Positions 1 to 10,485 of a stretch of 64,000 nucleotides of DNA are shown piece by piece. Every line of letters starts with the position of its first letter. Position 1 is the stretch's first letter. Source of the stretch: Parcubacteria group bacterium 21-54-25 (GTDB lineage: Bacteria > Patescibacteriota > Minisyncoccia > Phycocordibacterales > Phycocordibacteraceae); the NCBI GenBank assembly GCA_002255585.1, contig NCBJ01000003.1:21571-85570 (forward strand), read 5' to 3'. The notes under the pieces are model-generated. The model made no database searches. It saw only the letters and a program-made list of their open reading frames with translations, and was not told the DNA's origin. The position numbers were made by a program, and so were the translations under genes.

Positions 1-3
1 AGC

Positions 4-1038
4 GTGACCGTCGCCACCAGCACGTTGGGTGATTTGACGGCGATCGGTGGGTCTGTCACCACATCTTCCTTTGTGGGAGGTGACGCACTATTAGCTGGCG
101 GATCGATATTATTGCAAGGCCGGGTTGTCGGAGATGCCCGGCTGGTGGGCGGCCAGGTGACCGTGAGCGCCCCGGTGGGTGGCGATTTGGCCGTCGCCGC
201 GGCCTCCATCGAGGACACTGCCGCTCACGCAAGGCGAATATTTGCGGTAGGGGGGACCGTTCGATTGGAGTCCGGGTCGCGCGGTGCGGTAACGGTATAC
301 GGGAATGATGTCTATTTGTCTGGTACGTTTGATGGAAACGTGCATATTAGCGCCCTGAATACGCTCACGCTCGCACCGCATACCGTTATTCACGGTACGT
401 TGCGTTACGAAGCTTCTGAAGTAGCACTAATTCCCGATTCTGCGTCGGTTGATGGTGGAGTGACATACACGGGCGCGTCATTCCTTCCCACGTCACAGGA
501 GGCAGCAGCATTCGCGCTTGCGGGCATCGGTATCTTCTTCCTCGTGCGTATTTTAGGGGCGCTTATCATTGCTGGTCTTTTGGCCGGACTCTTCCCAGTT
601 TTTACTAACCGTGTCGCCAATGACGTGCTCAAAAAGTCGGCGCGACATGTATTGCTCCTCCTTCTCCTTGGTTTCGGTGTCCTAGTTGCTACACCGGTAT
701 TGATTATCCTGCTTGCACTCACGTTCGTTGGGCTTGGCATTGCGTTTATTCTCGGCGCGGCATATGCACTACTTATTATCTTGGCGATTGCGTACGCTGG
801 CATCATTTCTGGGGCCGCACTTTCTCGTGCACTTATGAAGCGTCCATACACCACATGGCGGGATGCTATCTTTGGTATGTTAGTGCTTATGCTCGTCGGT
901 ATCATTCCATTCGTCGGAGGCATCGTGACCATACTTCTTACCTGTCTTGCTGCAGGTGCGCTCGTCTCGCTATTTTACACTGCCGCTTTCACCCGCACTG
1001 ATGCGGGGGAAGGATCGGTGACGTATACCAACAAATAA
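4..1038 (+). CDS. Membrane protein with an N-terminal bactofilin-like (DUF583/polymer-forming) repeat region and a C-terminal multi-TM domain. It may be 5'-truncated by the window edge.
   Basis: Repeated G-x-V-x-GD/V-x-A patterns (VGGDALLAGGSILLQGRVVGDARLVGGQVTV...) followed by 5-6 hydrophobic helices. The ORF starts at a GTG at position 4. Confidence 0.4.
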   Translation: MTVATSTLGDLTAIGGSVTTSSFVGGDALLAGGSILLQGRVVGDARLVGGQVTVSAPVGGDLAVAAASIEDTAAHARRIFAVGGTVRLESGSRGAVTVYGNDVYLSGTFDGNVHISALNTLTLAPHTVIHGTLRYEASEVALIPDSASVDGGVTYTGASFLPTSQEAAAFALAGIGIFFLVRILGALIIAGLLAGLFPVFTNRVANDVLKKSARHVLLLLLLGFGVLVATPVLIILLALTFVGLGIAFILGAAYALLIILAIAYAGIISGAALSRALMKRPYTTWRDAIFGMLVLMLVGIIPFVGGIVTILLTCLAAGALVSLFYTAAFTRTDAGEGSVTYTNK

Positions 1039-1050
1039 TTTCTTCTATCT

Positions 1051-2493
1051 ATGAAAAATAAAACACCCACTCCCTACACAGCCCCACCAACCATTCTGGT
1101 CATCTTTGGCATAACCGGCGACTTGAGTCGCCGCAAGCTCCTGCCCGCACTTTGGCACCTTTTCTATACTAACCAGCTATCTGCGCCATTTCGGGTCATT
1201 GGTTTTGCTCGTCGTGATTTTAGTACTGACGAAATCCGTGCGTTTGTCCGAGAAACGCTTGATGATCTACTCGCCGCGGCAGACAAGAACACCGCACAGC
1301 GTTTTCTGGATAACTTTTTCTACCAGCAAGGACAATTTGATGCTGCCGCACCATATGATGCGTTAGCCGCTCGAATCAAGGATGCTGAGCAGGCACTTGG
1401 CGCTCCTGCTACTACTATCTTTTATTTATCGATTGCACCAGTGCACTACGAGACCGTTTTTCAAGCGCTGCATGATTCCGGGGTCGTTGACGTCGCAACT
1501 GATACGCGCACTCAATCACGTATTCTGGTTGAAAAGCCTTTTGGTCGAGACACAGAAACTGCGCAGGCACTCGATGAAAAACTCGGACATCTTTTTCGAG
1601 AAGAACAGATTTATCGCATCGATCACTACTTAGCGAAAGAGACCGTACAAAATATTCTCAATTTCCGCTTTTCGAATTTTATTTTTGAACCCATTTGGAA
1701 CAAGGATGGTATCGAGAAGGTACATATCGAGCTCTTAGAGACGCTTGGCATGGAGGGGCGCGGTGCGTTCTATAGCGATACGGGGGCTCTGCGTGACGTA
1801 GGGCAAAATCACCTACTACAGCTCTTGGCAATGGTGGCGATGGAGAACCCGGGGCAGTACGAGGCTGCGCACGTTCGCGTAAAACGCGCCGAGGTGCTCG
1901 CGCGGCTTCGTGCCGTATCAGAAACAGACCTTGCGCGCAGTGTCGTACGCGGCCAGTACGAAGGGTTTGCAAAAGAGCCTGGCGTTACACACGATCCCCA
2001 GACTGAAACATATTTCAAGCTGCGCGTTTTCCTGGATGACCCGGTGTGGGAGGGCGTGCCTTTTATTCTGGAAAGTGGTAAGCGCATGCGAAAAGATTTG
2101 ACGCGAGTCACCATTTACTTCAAACACGCCAGTCGCACGCTTTGTCCTTTGGACGATGATCATCCATGCCAAAATACGTTAACATTTGAGATAAAACCAA
2201 CTGAAGGCATCACCGTATCTTTTTGGGCAAAGAAGCCAGGATTTTCCAACGAAATCGAACAGCGCGCTCTACACTTTGACTACCGTGCCCGTTCGACAGA
2301 CGAACGGCTACCCGACGCATACGAACGCGTGCTCTACGACGCCATTCGAGGCGACCAAACACTTTTTGCCAGTACCGAGGAAGTGCATGCTGCGTGGCGC
2401 TACATCACACCGATACTTAAAGAATGGCAGAAGGTACCTCTTGAACCATACGCGCCTGGTGGTGACGGCCCTGAGTCACGCGCAACACTATGA
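1051..2493 (+). CDS. zwf: Glucose-6-phosphate 1-dehydrogenase
   Basis: N-terminal ILVIFGITGDLSRRKLLPAL NADP-binding motif and the RIDHYLAKE active-site motif. Length is 480 aa. Confidence 0.9.
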   Translation: MKNKTPTPYTAPPTILVIFGITGDLSRRKLLPALWHLFYTNQLSAPFRVIGFARRDFSTDEIRAFVRETLDDLLAAADKNTAQRFLDNFFYQQGQFDAAAPYDALAARIKDAEQALGAPATTIFYLSIAPVHYETVFQALHDSGVVDVATDTRTQSRILVEKPFGRDTETAQALDEKLGHLFREEQIYRIDHYLAKETVQNILNFRFSNFIFEPIWNKDGIEKVHIELLETLGMEGRGAFYSDTGALRDVGQNHLLQLLAMVAMENPGQYEAAHVRVKRAEVLARLRAVSETDLARSVVRGQYEGFAKEPGVTHDPQTETYFKLRVFLDDPVWEGVPFILESGKRMRKDLTRVTIYFKHASRTLCPLDDDHPCQNTLTFEIKPTEGITVSFWAKKPGFSNEIEQRALHFDYRARSTDERLPDAYERVLYDAIRGDQTLFASTEEVHAAWRYITPILKEWQKVPLEPYAPGGDGPESRATL

Positions 2494-3155
2494 CAAGTAG
2501 CGCAGCCGATCGCGCTCTGCGCATAAAGAAAATTGTTTCGTATCTAAAAAAAACATACCCCAACCCCAAGAGCGAACTTACCCACCGCACTCCGTTTCAG
2601 TTTGTTGCAGCGGTAATTCTTTCAGCCCAGTGCACCGACAAGAACGTGAACCGGCTCACCGAAACGCTTTTTAAGAAATACAAAACGGTAAGCGATTTTG
2701 CAGGTGCCGACTGTGCCATGTTTACGAAGGAGATTTCATCCATTCCATTTTTTCGTAACAAAGCAAAGAACATCATCGGCGCAGCGAAGGTGGTGCGCGA
2801 CAACTTTGGTGGGAAGGTGCCGCGTACCGAAAAAGAACTCATAACGCTCCCCGGCGTCGCATATAAGACCGCGCATGTCGTGCTCGGGGAGCTCTACTCA
2901 ACATGGGAGGGTATCGCTACCGATACGCATGTACGGCGGTTCGCGCTTCGGTTTGATCTCACGAATAACACCGACCTGACCAAGATTTCTAAAGACCTAG
3001 AGGCACTCATACCGAAAAAAGACTGGAAATATGTCAACAACGGTCTCGTGCTCTATGGCCGCTACGTGTGTCCAGCACGTCCACACGACTGCACAGAGCA
3101 CCCGCTCACACAGATCTGGCCGCCTGCCGCCTCGCGCTGGCCGAAGGCAAAGTAG
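2490..3155 (+). CDS. nth: Endonuclease III-like HhH-GPD DNA glycosylase
   Basis: FQFVAAVILSAQCTDKNVN and LPGVAYKTAHVVL (HhH) and THVRRF motifs, colinear with E. coli Nth. The C-terminus shows only C-x6-C-x2-H, not the full Cys4 cluster. Confidence 0.8.
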   Translation: MTSSAADRALRIKKIVSYLKKTYPNPKSELTHRTPFQFVAAVILSAQCTDKNVNRLTETLFKKYKTVSDFAGADCAMFTKEISSIPFFRNKAKNIIGAAKVVRDNFGGKVPRTEKELITLPGVAYKTAHVVLGELYSTWEGIATDTHVRRFALRFDLTNNTDLTKISKDLEALIPKKDWKYVNNGLVLYGRYVCPARPHDCTEHPLTQIWPPAASRWPKAK

Positions 3156-3401
3156 GACGCGAACACCCGCCTGGCTGTGATTTCTGGGTACGGAATATTT
3201 TTCTGCTGAAAAATTTTCTCCTGCTCGGCCCGTCGGCCTGTGCAGAACCCCGAAAATCACAGCCAAGCGGCGTGCGCGTAACCCCTAATCAGTTAGGTAG
3301 CATGTAACGTACTATTATGGACTGACAGGTAGTGTTCGACGTTTTTGTGGCTATTTCTTACGTACGAGACACCACTGAAGAGAGTAGTGTAGGATAGGGG
3401 C

Positions 3402-4094
3402 ATGTCAGGGAAACGGCCGGTAGCAGCGTTTGATATTGACGGAACGATTTTCCGCTCATCGCTTCTCATTGAGCTTGTGGAACGACTCATTGAAAAAGGT
3501 GTGTTTCCGCGCGAAACGCGTGCCGTCTACGCAAAAGAGCATCGGGAATGGCTTGACCGCAAAGGCGACTACGCCTCCTATATCCGTAAAGTCATCGACG
3601 CCTTCGGTGCGCAACTCAAGGGCGTACCATACGGCGACGTGGCGGATGCCGCGGGCGAGGTGATTGAAGAAATGAAGGACCGTGTATATCGCTACACGCG
3701 CGATCTGGTGAAAGACCTCAAGAGGCGCGGATATTATCTGCTCGCAATTTCCCACTCGCCAAAGTTCATTGTTGATGGTTTTGGATACGAAATGGGCTTT
3801 GATAAAACATATGGTATTTTTTACGCGACGGGTGCTTCGAGTGCCTTTACAGGTGCTATTGAAGACGAGGAACTTATCATGAACAAGGGTACTATATTGC
3901 AGCGCGCCGTCCACAAAGAAAATCTGACGCTTGATCAATCCGTCGCTGTTGGCGATACCGAGAGCGATTTGCCGATGCTCGAGCTCGTCACTACGCCAAT
4001 CGCGTTTAATCCAAACCAATTGCTCTATCGTGAGGCAAAGAGAAATAGTTGGAAGATCGTTGCGGAGCGCAAGGACGTGGTGTATGAGTTTTAA
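3402..4094 (+). CDS. HAD-superfamily hydrolase (subfamily IB, phosphoserine-phosphatase-like)
   Basis: AAFDIDGTI motif I (DxDGT), a downstream S/T and K, and GD motifs. Confidence 0.7.
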   Translation: MSGKRPVAAFDIDGTIFRSSLLIELVERLIEKGVFPRETRAVYAKEHREWLDRKGDYASYIRKVIDAFGAQLKGVPYGDVADAAGEVIEEMKDRVYRYTRDLVKDLKRRGYYLLAISHSPKFIVDGFGYEMGFDKTYGIFYATGASSAFTGAIEDEELIMNKGTILQRAVHKENLTLDQSVAVGDTESDLPMLELVTTPIAFNPNQLLYREAKRNSWKIVAERKDVVYEF

Positions 4095-5079
4095 GCAGTC
4101 TGGGTTCACAGCGACGCGTAAGAAACCATCTCGAGAGTACACGTCGCCTCGCCCAGCCGCTCGGCGCGATCACTCTCGGCTCGCAAATTCCGGCGCAGCT
4201 CCAAAACGGCGCCAGAATTACCATGCTGCTTCGCCTGCGAGAGTCTCTCGCGATGGTTTCTTACGCGCGCCGTACAAGGGCACTGTGGCGGCATTCCGCC
4301 GCGCGGTGTGGGTGTATTATCGAAAACATGGGCGACACAACCTACCTTGGCGAAAGACCACAAATCCCTACCGTCTCCTCGTATCGGAAGTGATGCTTCA
4401 GCAGACGCAGGTGGAGCGAGTCGTGCCGTTCTATCGCGCATTTTTGAAACAGTTCCCAACAGCGCAAGCGCTCGCAGAGGCGCCGCTCGCTCGTGTGCTC
4501 TTAGCCTGGCAGGGGCTCGGGTACAACCGTCGGGCAAAGATGCTCCAGGCGGCAGCACGTGCCATTGCTGTTCACGGAGTGCCGCGTAGTGTGGCGGCGC
4601 TCGAGGAATTGTCTGGTGTGGGGCCGTACACTGCACGCGCCGTCGCAGCGTTTGCGTGGAATACAGACGAAGTGCTTATCGAGACAAACATTCGCACCGC
4701 GGGTATCCATCATTTTTTTCCGCAGCGCCAGGACGTATCCGATACAGAAATCAAAGCCGTGCTCACGCGTGCCTTGCCGCCGGGCCGCTCACGCGAGTGG
4801 CACTGGGCACTTATGGACTACGGTGCGTATCTAAAACATTCAGGCATTTCTTACAATACGCACAGTCGTCACTACACCAAACAATCAAAGTTTACCGGTT
4901 CTTTTCGTGAGGCACGTGGAGTGGTGCTTCGTACGCTTGCTGCGGGACCCATGAGTGCGCAGCCGCTCTATTTCGTGCTTGGCAAGGACCGTGCCATACA
5001 AGTGAAAAGCGCGTGCAGGGCACTTATGTCTGAAGCACTTATCAAGAAAGTGAATCGTCGCTACCAGCTCCCAACCTAA
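4084..5079 (+). CDS. MutY/EndoIII-family HhH-GPD glycosylase (A/G-specific adenine glycosylase-like). It has no recognisable Cys4 Fe-S loop and no NUDIX-like C-domain.
   Basis: NLPWRKTTNPYRLLVSEVMLQQTQVERVVPFY...WQGLGYNRRAKML...LSGVGPYTARAV aligns to the MutY N-terminus. I moved the start to the ATG at 4084 (the track ORF starts at 3931 inside the upstream gene). Confidence 0.7.
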   Translation: MSFKQSGFTATRKKPSREYTSPRPAARRDHSRLANSGAAPKRRQNYHAASPARVSRDGFLRAPYKGTVAAFRRAVWVYYRKHGRHNLPWRKTTNPYRLLVSEVMLQQTQVERVVPFYRAFLKQFPTAQALAEAPLARVLLAWQGLGYNRRAKMLQAAARAIAVHGVPRSVAALEELSGVGPYTARAVAAFAWNTDEVLIETNIRTAGIHHFFPQRQDVSDTEIKAVLTRALPPGRSREWHWALMDYGAYLKHSGISYNTHSRHYTKQSKFTGSFREARGVVLRTLAAGPMSAQPLYFVLGKDRAIQVKSACRALMSEALIKKVNRRYQLPT

Positions 5080-6230
5080 CGGAAATCACGAATAGAAAGT
5101 GCCGCTGTCACGCCAATGATCCCGATGAGCACCCCAGTAATGAGGAAGAGGGCAAAGAAACCATCAATAAACAGCAGCATACTACCAATGAGTGGCGCAA
5201 TGAGACCCGAAAGCGGCCAGAGGATTCGATAGAACGCAATGGTCTCGATGTCGGTTTCTGACACACGCCGAAAGAAATGCGCTTCGGTCATGGACTCCAC
5301 AAGCGCTGCGCCAACGCGCGAAAGTAACAGGATGCCCACAATGAATGCGATAGACGAGGTACTCGTGATGAGTGAAACTGCTGCGAGCGCGCTGCCCATA
5401 ATAACAAAACCAAGCACCATGAGCTCTTTATCGCCCAGGTAGTTGTCTGCAATAAATCCAGCAGGATATTCGATAAATATAAACGGCAACAGAATGATTG
5501 CGAATATCCACCCGAGTGTGCTCCACGGAATATGCAGCGTGTCATGTAGATACAATGGCACATAGAGGGGTGCCCATATATAAAAGAGATATAGCAACAG
5601 GTGCCCCACCGAAACTGCCGTGAGATCGCGGTCGTGCAGTATGGTGAGAAATGTCTCTTTTGCGTGCGCGAGGCGAGGCGGTTTCCCGGCAGGGAGCGTG
5701 CGTGTAGCAAAAATAACAATCACCGGTATAAGCGCCACAGCTGCTGCCAGAAATACTCGCCCGTACGCATTGCTCGTGTCAAGTACTGCGCCAAGCACGA
5801 GTGGTGCGCCAAGTTCGGCAACATTCCACGCGGTAAGGAAGAGGGTACGTACACGCCCCGTTACGGTCTCCTCTTTTACTGTGGCTTCAAGGAGGAGATC
5901 GAGCGTGTAGCCAAGAAATGGTTGTAGCGCGACGGCAAGTGCGACCAATGGCACGACAGCAAATTTGTTTGGGCCTGCCGCAAGGGCAAAGAGTACAAAC
6001 ATTTGTGCAACCGTGAGCAGGATTGCTGCCTGTTGGGCACCGATGCGCGCGACAAGTTTAGGTAGAGCAAAGAAAGCTCCACTGGCGAGTGCCGCGCCAG
6101 CGGCGATTACCAGGCCAGTGTATTGTACGGGCATGAAGTTCGCCAAGTAGGGAAGGAGAACGTATACCACAATTGCGACCGAAAACCCAAAGAAGAAATT
6201 TGTGACGGAGAGCGTTATGCGTGGATGCAT
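5076..6230 (-). CDS. MFS-type transporter (12 predicted TM helices)
   Basis: 384 aa, almost entirely hydrophobic helices in a 6+6 arrangement with a central loop (HDRDLTAVSVG). Confidence 0.6.
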   Translation of the reverse strand: MHPRITLSVTNFFFGFSVAIVVYVLLPYLANFMPVQYTGLVIAAGAALASGAFFALPKLVARIGAQQAAILLTVAQMFVLFALAAGPNKFAVVPLVALAVALQPFLGYTLDLLLEATVKEETVTGRVRTLFLTAWNVAELGAPLVLGAVLDTSNAYGRVFLAAAVALIPVIVIFATRTLPAGKPPRLAHAKETFLTILHDRDLTAVSVGHLLLYLFYIWAPLYVPLYLHDTLHIPWSTLGWIFAIILLPFIFIEYPAGFIADNYLGDKELMVLGFVIMGSALAAVSLITSTSSIAFIVGILLLSRVGAALVESMTEAHFFRRVSETDIETIAFYRILWPLSGLIAPLIGSMLLFIDGFFALFLITGVLIGIIGVTAALSIRDFR

Positions 6231-6253
6231 TGTGGCTTTTACTGTAGCATACG

Positions 6254-6282
6254 AAAAACGCGCGCCCGCGGCGCGCGTTTTT
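6254..6282. terminator. Bidirectional rho-independent terminator (A5-CGCGCGCC-cgc-GGCGCGCG-T5) downstream of rnj
   Basis: Perfect 8-bp GC stem flanked by A5 and T5 between the rnj stop and the MFS start. Confidence 0.6.
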
Positions 6283-6300
6283 GTCGCACAGAAGGAGTGA

Positions 6301-8220
6301 CTACACCCCGATTAGCACTGGAATGACCATCGGTGCCTTGTTAGTACGAGTAAACAAGAAGCTGGCGACTGTGTCAGTGAGCACGTTCTTTACATAGTCG
6401 AGATCGACCGGATTCATACCGCGCGTTGAGTCCTCCACCGTCTTTTTGATGAGGAGTCGTGCTTGATTTAGAAGGTCTTGCGATTCACGCAAGTAGATGA
6501 ATCCGCGGGAAATAATGTCGGGCGATTTTCGAAGCCGACCAGTTTTTAGCTGCACCGTTGCGATGATGACGAACATGCCATCTTTGGCAAGCATCTGGCG
6601 ATCGCGAATGACGACTTCCTGCATATCGCCAATAGCGAACCCATCTACGACGAGGGGCGCAGAAGGCACTTTTTCTTTGTGTACTAGCATCTCTGTGCCG
6701 TTCACGATGTCGATGACGGTGCCGTTGTCCGGAATGATAATCGTGTCTCTCGGGCGACCTGCTTGCTCAACCGCTTTGGCGTGACATGTTGTCATGGAGC
6801 GGTAGCCGTAGCCCGGCATGAAGAAGTTTGCATGAACTTGCTGGTTAATCCACACCAGTTCACCGGAGTTTCCGTGGCCAGTTGAGTGCACATCTGAAGA
6901 ACGGTAGTGGATAATCGTCACATTGTGGCGGTACAGGTTATCTTTCAGTTTCTGCACCGCAATCTCGTTTCCTGGAATCACTGAGGACGAGAGCACAATC
7001 GTATCGCGTTCCGACAGCTGGATAAATTTGTGCTGCTTGGTCGCGATGCGCATGAGTGCCGCAAACTCTTCACCCTGAGCGCCAGTCGAAAGCACCACAA
7101 TCTTGTCGGGCGGGTAGTCGGCAATTTCTTGTGCCGGAATGATTGTGTCTTTCTTGACCTCAAGGAGGCCAGTTTTCTGGGCAATCTCAATGTTCGTGCG
7201 AATAGAGCGCCCTTCAGTAACGACTTTCTTACCAAGCGATTCAGCAATCTGAATAATGCGGATGATGCGCTCGAATTGTGACGCGAACGTGCCAATGATA
7301 AGGCGGCCGGAAACAGTCCGCACGATGTCTTCGAGCGTTTGGTGGACGCGTTTTTCCGGGATGGAGAAACCGTCTTTCTCTGCATTTGTGGAATCAGCAA
7401 TAAAGAAGATATTGTTGTCTTTGCTGATCTCTCCCCAGGTCTTCTTTTCGTGATCAGCCGGTACGCCATCGTCGTGATCGAGTTTGAGATCGCCGGTAAC
7501 GACGACGTTACCTTGCGGCGTTGAAAGCGAGACCCCCATGGAATCAGGAATCGAGTGCGTGACTGGAAAGAAACGAACTTTCGTGTTGCCAATGGTACGC
7601 TCAGTGCCGGTTTCTACCACAACAATCTCGGGCTTGGGGACATCAGGGTATTCTTCCTGGCGTTTGGCGATCATGACTGCCGTAAGATTTTGGGTATAAA
7701 TTGGTGGATTACCAAACCGATTCAAGACAAACGGAATGCCGCCGATGTGGTCGAGGTGGCCGTGTGTCACAATTGCACCGCGTATGCGGCTCTTATTTTT
7801 TTCAAGGTATTTCGTATTTGGCAGGATGTAGTCCACACCAGGTGAGGTGTCTTCGGAGACAAACTGGAAACCGACATCCATAACGAAAATATCGCCATTT
7901 ACGTCGATTGCCACCATGTTGCGGCCCACTTCTTCGACACCGCCGAGCGGCACAATGCGCGCGACGTTTGCCGCAGGTGCCTCTGGGAAATAATCAACGG
8001 CCCGTTTTGCTCGTGGTGTGTTCGCTGCGGGACGGCGTAACATGCGTTGGATACGTCGAGTGGCGCCGCCTGGTCGCGGTGGGCGCGCAGAACGTGCGCC
8101 GCTGCGCGCGCCCGGGCGCGCAGTACCACGAAATGGCATTCGATGCGCTCCTTGGTTTCCGGTAGAACGTTTGTTTGAATTCGGTGCTGGCGCTGGTGCT
8201 GGCGCTGGGGTAAAGGTCAT
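6301..8220 (-). CDS. rnj: Ribonuclease J (metallo-beta-lactamase/beta-CASP) with an Arg/Pro-rich N-terminal extension
   Basis: HGHLDHIGG motif plus beta-CASP region and C-terminal domain. N-terminal low-complexity tail (PAPAPAPAP...RSGARSARPPRPGG). Confidence 0.9.
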   Translation of the reverse strand: MTFTPAPAPAPAPNSNKRSTGNQGAHRMPFRGTARPGARSGARSARPPRPGGATRRIQRMLRRPAANTPRAKRAVDYFPEAPAANVARIVPLGGVEEVGRNMVAIDVNGDIFVMDVGFQFVSEDTSPGVDYILPNTKYLEKNKSRIRGAIVTHGHLDHIGGIPFVLNRFGNPPIYTQNLTAVMIAKRQEEYPDVPKPEIVVVETGTERTIGNTKVRFFPVTHSIPDSMGVSLSTPQGNVVVTGDLKLDHDDGVPADHEKKTWGEISKDNNIFFIADSTNAEKDGFSIPEKRVHQTLEDIVRTVSGRLIIGTFASQFERIIRIIQIAESLGKKVVTEGRSIRTNIEIAQKTGLLEVKKDTIIPAQEIADYPPDKIVVLSTGAQGEEFAALMRIATKQHKFIQLSERDTIVLSSSVIPGNEIAVQKLKDNLYRHNVTIIHYRSSDVHSTGHGNSGELVWINQQVHANFFMPGYGYRSMTTCHAKAVEQAGRPRDTIIIPDNGTVIDIVNGTEMLVHKEKVPSAPLVVDGFAIGDMQEVVIRDRQMLAKDGMFVIIATVQLKTGRLRKSPDIISRGFIYLRESQDLLNQARLLIKKTVEDSTRGMNPVDLDYVKNVLTDTVASFLFTRTNKAPMVIPVLIGV

Positions 8221-8315
8221 GGTGTATTGTTTAATGAATAGGTTATTAAGCTAAGATGATTAAGGGCAAGGCCCGTACGGAAAAACGAAATACTATAGGT
8301 CGTGGTCTTGTGTAC

Positions 8316-10103
8316 TTACTGGTAGCGAGTCAAAAAAGGCCACACGAGGTCGGTTTGCTCGTACCACGAAGCGATTGAGGCGAACCGATCCGATGGAACG
8401 GCGATGGGTGGCAGTACAACGCCCTTGAGAGAAGTAGGGAGTGTATACGTGAAGCGTGGTGTGTACAGGAACGCTGCAGGGTAGTCAGCACTCACTGCCT
8501 TCTCGATGCCGTTGAGGTCCGCGAGACGTTGTTTGGGGCTGCTGGTTGCGCGCGCATCTGCCAAAAGACTATCCACAGTCTTATTGGCGTACATCGCGAT
8601 ATTCAGGCCCGGGTCGTTGCGCTCAGACGAATGCCAAAACGGATACAGATCTTGATCATGTCCGATTACCATGCCGAACAAAAGGGCGGAATATTTACGC
8701 GGCCGAATCACGTTGGTGTTCAAGTCTCCTGGCTCGTATAGTTCAATGGAGACGGCGATACCGAGTTTCTCCCAGTCGTTTCGAACCGCAGAGGCGACCA
8801 ATTTTAGCTCCGGCGCGTTTGACGTTTTAATAGTAATCGAACCGAATGAGAGTTTCAGACGAGCGTTCTTCCATTGCCGAGCATTGCCGTCATACGTCCA
8901 GCCGGCGTTTTCAAGCACAGCTGCCGCATTGCGAATGGTATCGGTGCTGCTTGGCGGCGGTGTTTGTGTGACGCCTGTGCCGGGCGGTATTGGCCCGCCA
9001 AGTGTCGTCGCATATCCGCTAAGAATGTTGTTCACGATATATTTTCGATCGATTGCCACTGAAAGCGCTTGGCGAATTTCTTTATGCGTCAGAATAGGAT
9101 CCTCATTAGCATTGAAGAATACGCCGAAAACGCTTGACAATGGCGCGGTCACCATTCGTGCTCCGTTCCCGGGGGTATCGTACGCGCTTTGTATCGCACC
9201 GTTTGCGAGTGCCGCAGCAAGAGCTGCGCGGTTCGAATAGAATTTTATGTTCATACCGTCCAGATAGGGCTGCCCAAGTACGTAATTGTTTGAAGCCGAA
9301 AGATCGTACTCGGTGATAATGCCGTTTGAACGTATCGTGTTGCGCACAATAAACGGTCCTGCGCCTACCGGATCTATCTCAAGGTTCACAAACGGAAATT
9401 GCGCGTCAGAAACGTTGCGCCATAGGTGCGCAGGCAGGATGCCAAGCGTTGCGTTTTCCAGAAAAGGCGCATAGGGTGTTGGCAAGATAAAACGCACTGT
9501 GTGCGAATCAACTGCAGTAACCGTGACGCCGCTCCAATTAGCAAACTGCGGACTTTTGAGCGCAGGATCCTGTGCTTTCTCAACCGTAAAGACCACATCT
9601 TCGGCAGTAACCGGTGTACCGTCTGAGAAGCGTGCATTTTGTCGGATGGTAAACGTGTAGGTTTTTCCATCAGGCGATACGGTATAACTTTTAGCAAGTA
9701 CGGGAACCAACGTGCCGTTGTTTGAGAGCCCCATGAGGCCCGCGTAGGTGAGCGCCGTGATGTCGCGATCTGCGTCTGAGATTGCGAGCAACGGATTCAC
9801 GTAGCGTGGCGAGCCGAGATCGCCTTCGACGAGCGTGCCACCGTGTGCCGGAACCGAAACAAGAAACGTACGCTCAAGCGCGCGTAGCCCGACCATGCTG
9901 GTAACGATTATTGCTAGCGCAAAGATGGTGAGAAGCGCCTGATCACCCCTGGTAAGGGTGCGCGTATAGGCATCTAGGCGTGTGAGCGGTCTCCACGATC
10001 GGTGTCGCGTTGCGGCATTAATCAGCTCCGTCCAGCGGCCGGTCGCTTTGTCTGGTCTCGAAGAAGGTATCGGATCAGCATCCTTTTTTCTGAATAGTCT
10101 CAT
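8316..10103 (-). CDS. ABC transporter substrate-binding protein, family 5 (oligopeptide/nickel type), membrane-anchored
   Basis: SBP_bac_5-like motifs (YTFTIRQNARFSDGTPVTAEDVVFTVE) and an N-terminal TM anchor. Confidence 0.8.
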   Translation of the reverse strand: MRLFRKKDADPIPSSRPDKATGRWTELINAATRHRSWRPLTRLDAYTRTLTRGDQALLTIFALAIIVTSMVGLRALERTFLVSVPAHGGTLVEGDLGSPRYVNPLLAISDADRDITALTYAGLMGLSNNGTLVPVLAKSYTVSPDGKTYTFTIRQNARFSDGTPVTAEDVVFTVEKAQDPALKSPQFANWSGVTVTAVDSHTVRFILPTPYAPFLENATLGILPAHLWRNVSDAQFPFVNLEIDPVGAGPFIVRNTIRSNGIITEYDLSASNNYVLGQPYLDGMNIKFYSNRAALAAALANGAIQSAYDTPGNGARMVTAPLSSVFGVFFNANEDPILTHKEIRQALSVAIDRKYIVNNILSGYATTLGGPIPPGTGVTQTPPPSSTDTIRNAAAVLENAGWTYDGNARQWKNARLKLSFGSITIKTSNAPELKLVASAVRNDWEKLGIAVSIELYEPGDLNTNVIRPRKYSALLFGMVIGHDQDLYPFWHSSERNDPGLNIAMYANKTVDSLLADARATSSPKQRLADLNGIEKAVSADYPAAFLYTPRFTYTLPTSLKGVVLPPIAVPSDRFASIASWYEQTDLVWPFLTRYQ

Positions 10104-10156
10104 GTGCGGTTACTTGCCGGAAGCCGGCCCACGTATGCGGTCTGCTTTTTACAGCA

Positions 10157-10393
10157 CTACGCCCCTTGCAGAAGGAAACTCGCAATAGCCGTGCCGACGA
10201 GGAGAACAGAAAGCGCAATCGTCGCGCGGAAAAGAAAAAGTTCCGCACCACGGCGCTTGTAGAACGTCGACGCAAAATTGTCACCTCCGAAGGCGCCGCC
10301 AAGGCTGGCACCGCGCTGCTGAAGAACGATAGCGAGGATAATCAGCAGTGAGAGGACGATTTCTGCGTACGGCAAAATAGTGAGTCCATCCAT
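10157..10393 (-). CDS. secG: Preprotein translocase subunit SecG
   Basis: 78-aa two-TM protein with a GGAFGG glycine-rich loop. The start is moved to an internal ATG (the track ORF runs to 10465). Confidence 0.6.
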   Translation of the reverse strand: MDGLTILPYAEIVLSLLIILAIVLQQRGASLGGAFGGDNFASTFYKRRGAELFLFRATIALSVLLVGTAIASFLLQGA

Positions 10394-10485
10394 CTGTGCT
10401 TGCGAGGATAGCATGGTCTGCCAGTGTCGCGCAAGCGTCGCGCAGTGTATTGCGTAGTCGCGCAATATTCTCTATAGTAGCGGGG

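Noticed and set aside
3170-3275. Inverted repeat GCTGTGATTT...AAATCACAGC (arms ~68 nt apart) in the nth-HAD intergenic region as a riboswitch or sRNA
   Set aside because: No recognisable riboswitch core. Single inverted repeats of this size are common.
3931-4083. Track ORF start for the MutY-like gene, which overlaps the HAD gene by 160 nt
   Set aside because: Homology begins after the internal ATG at 4084, so the upstream extension is read-through.
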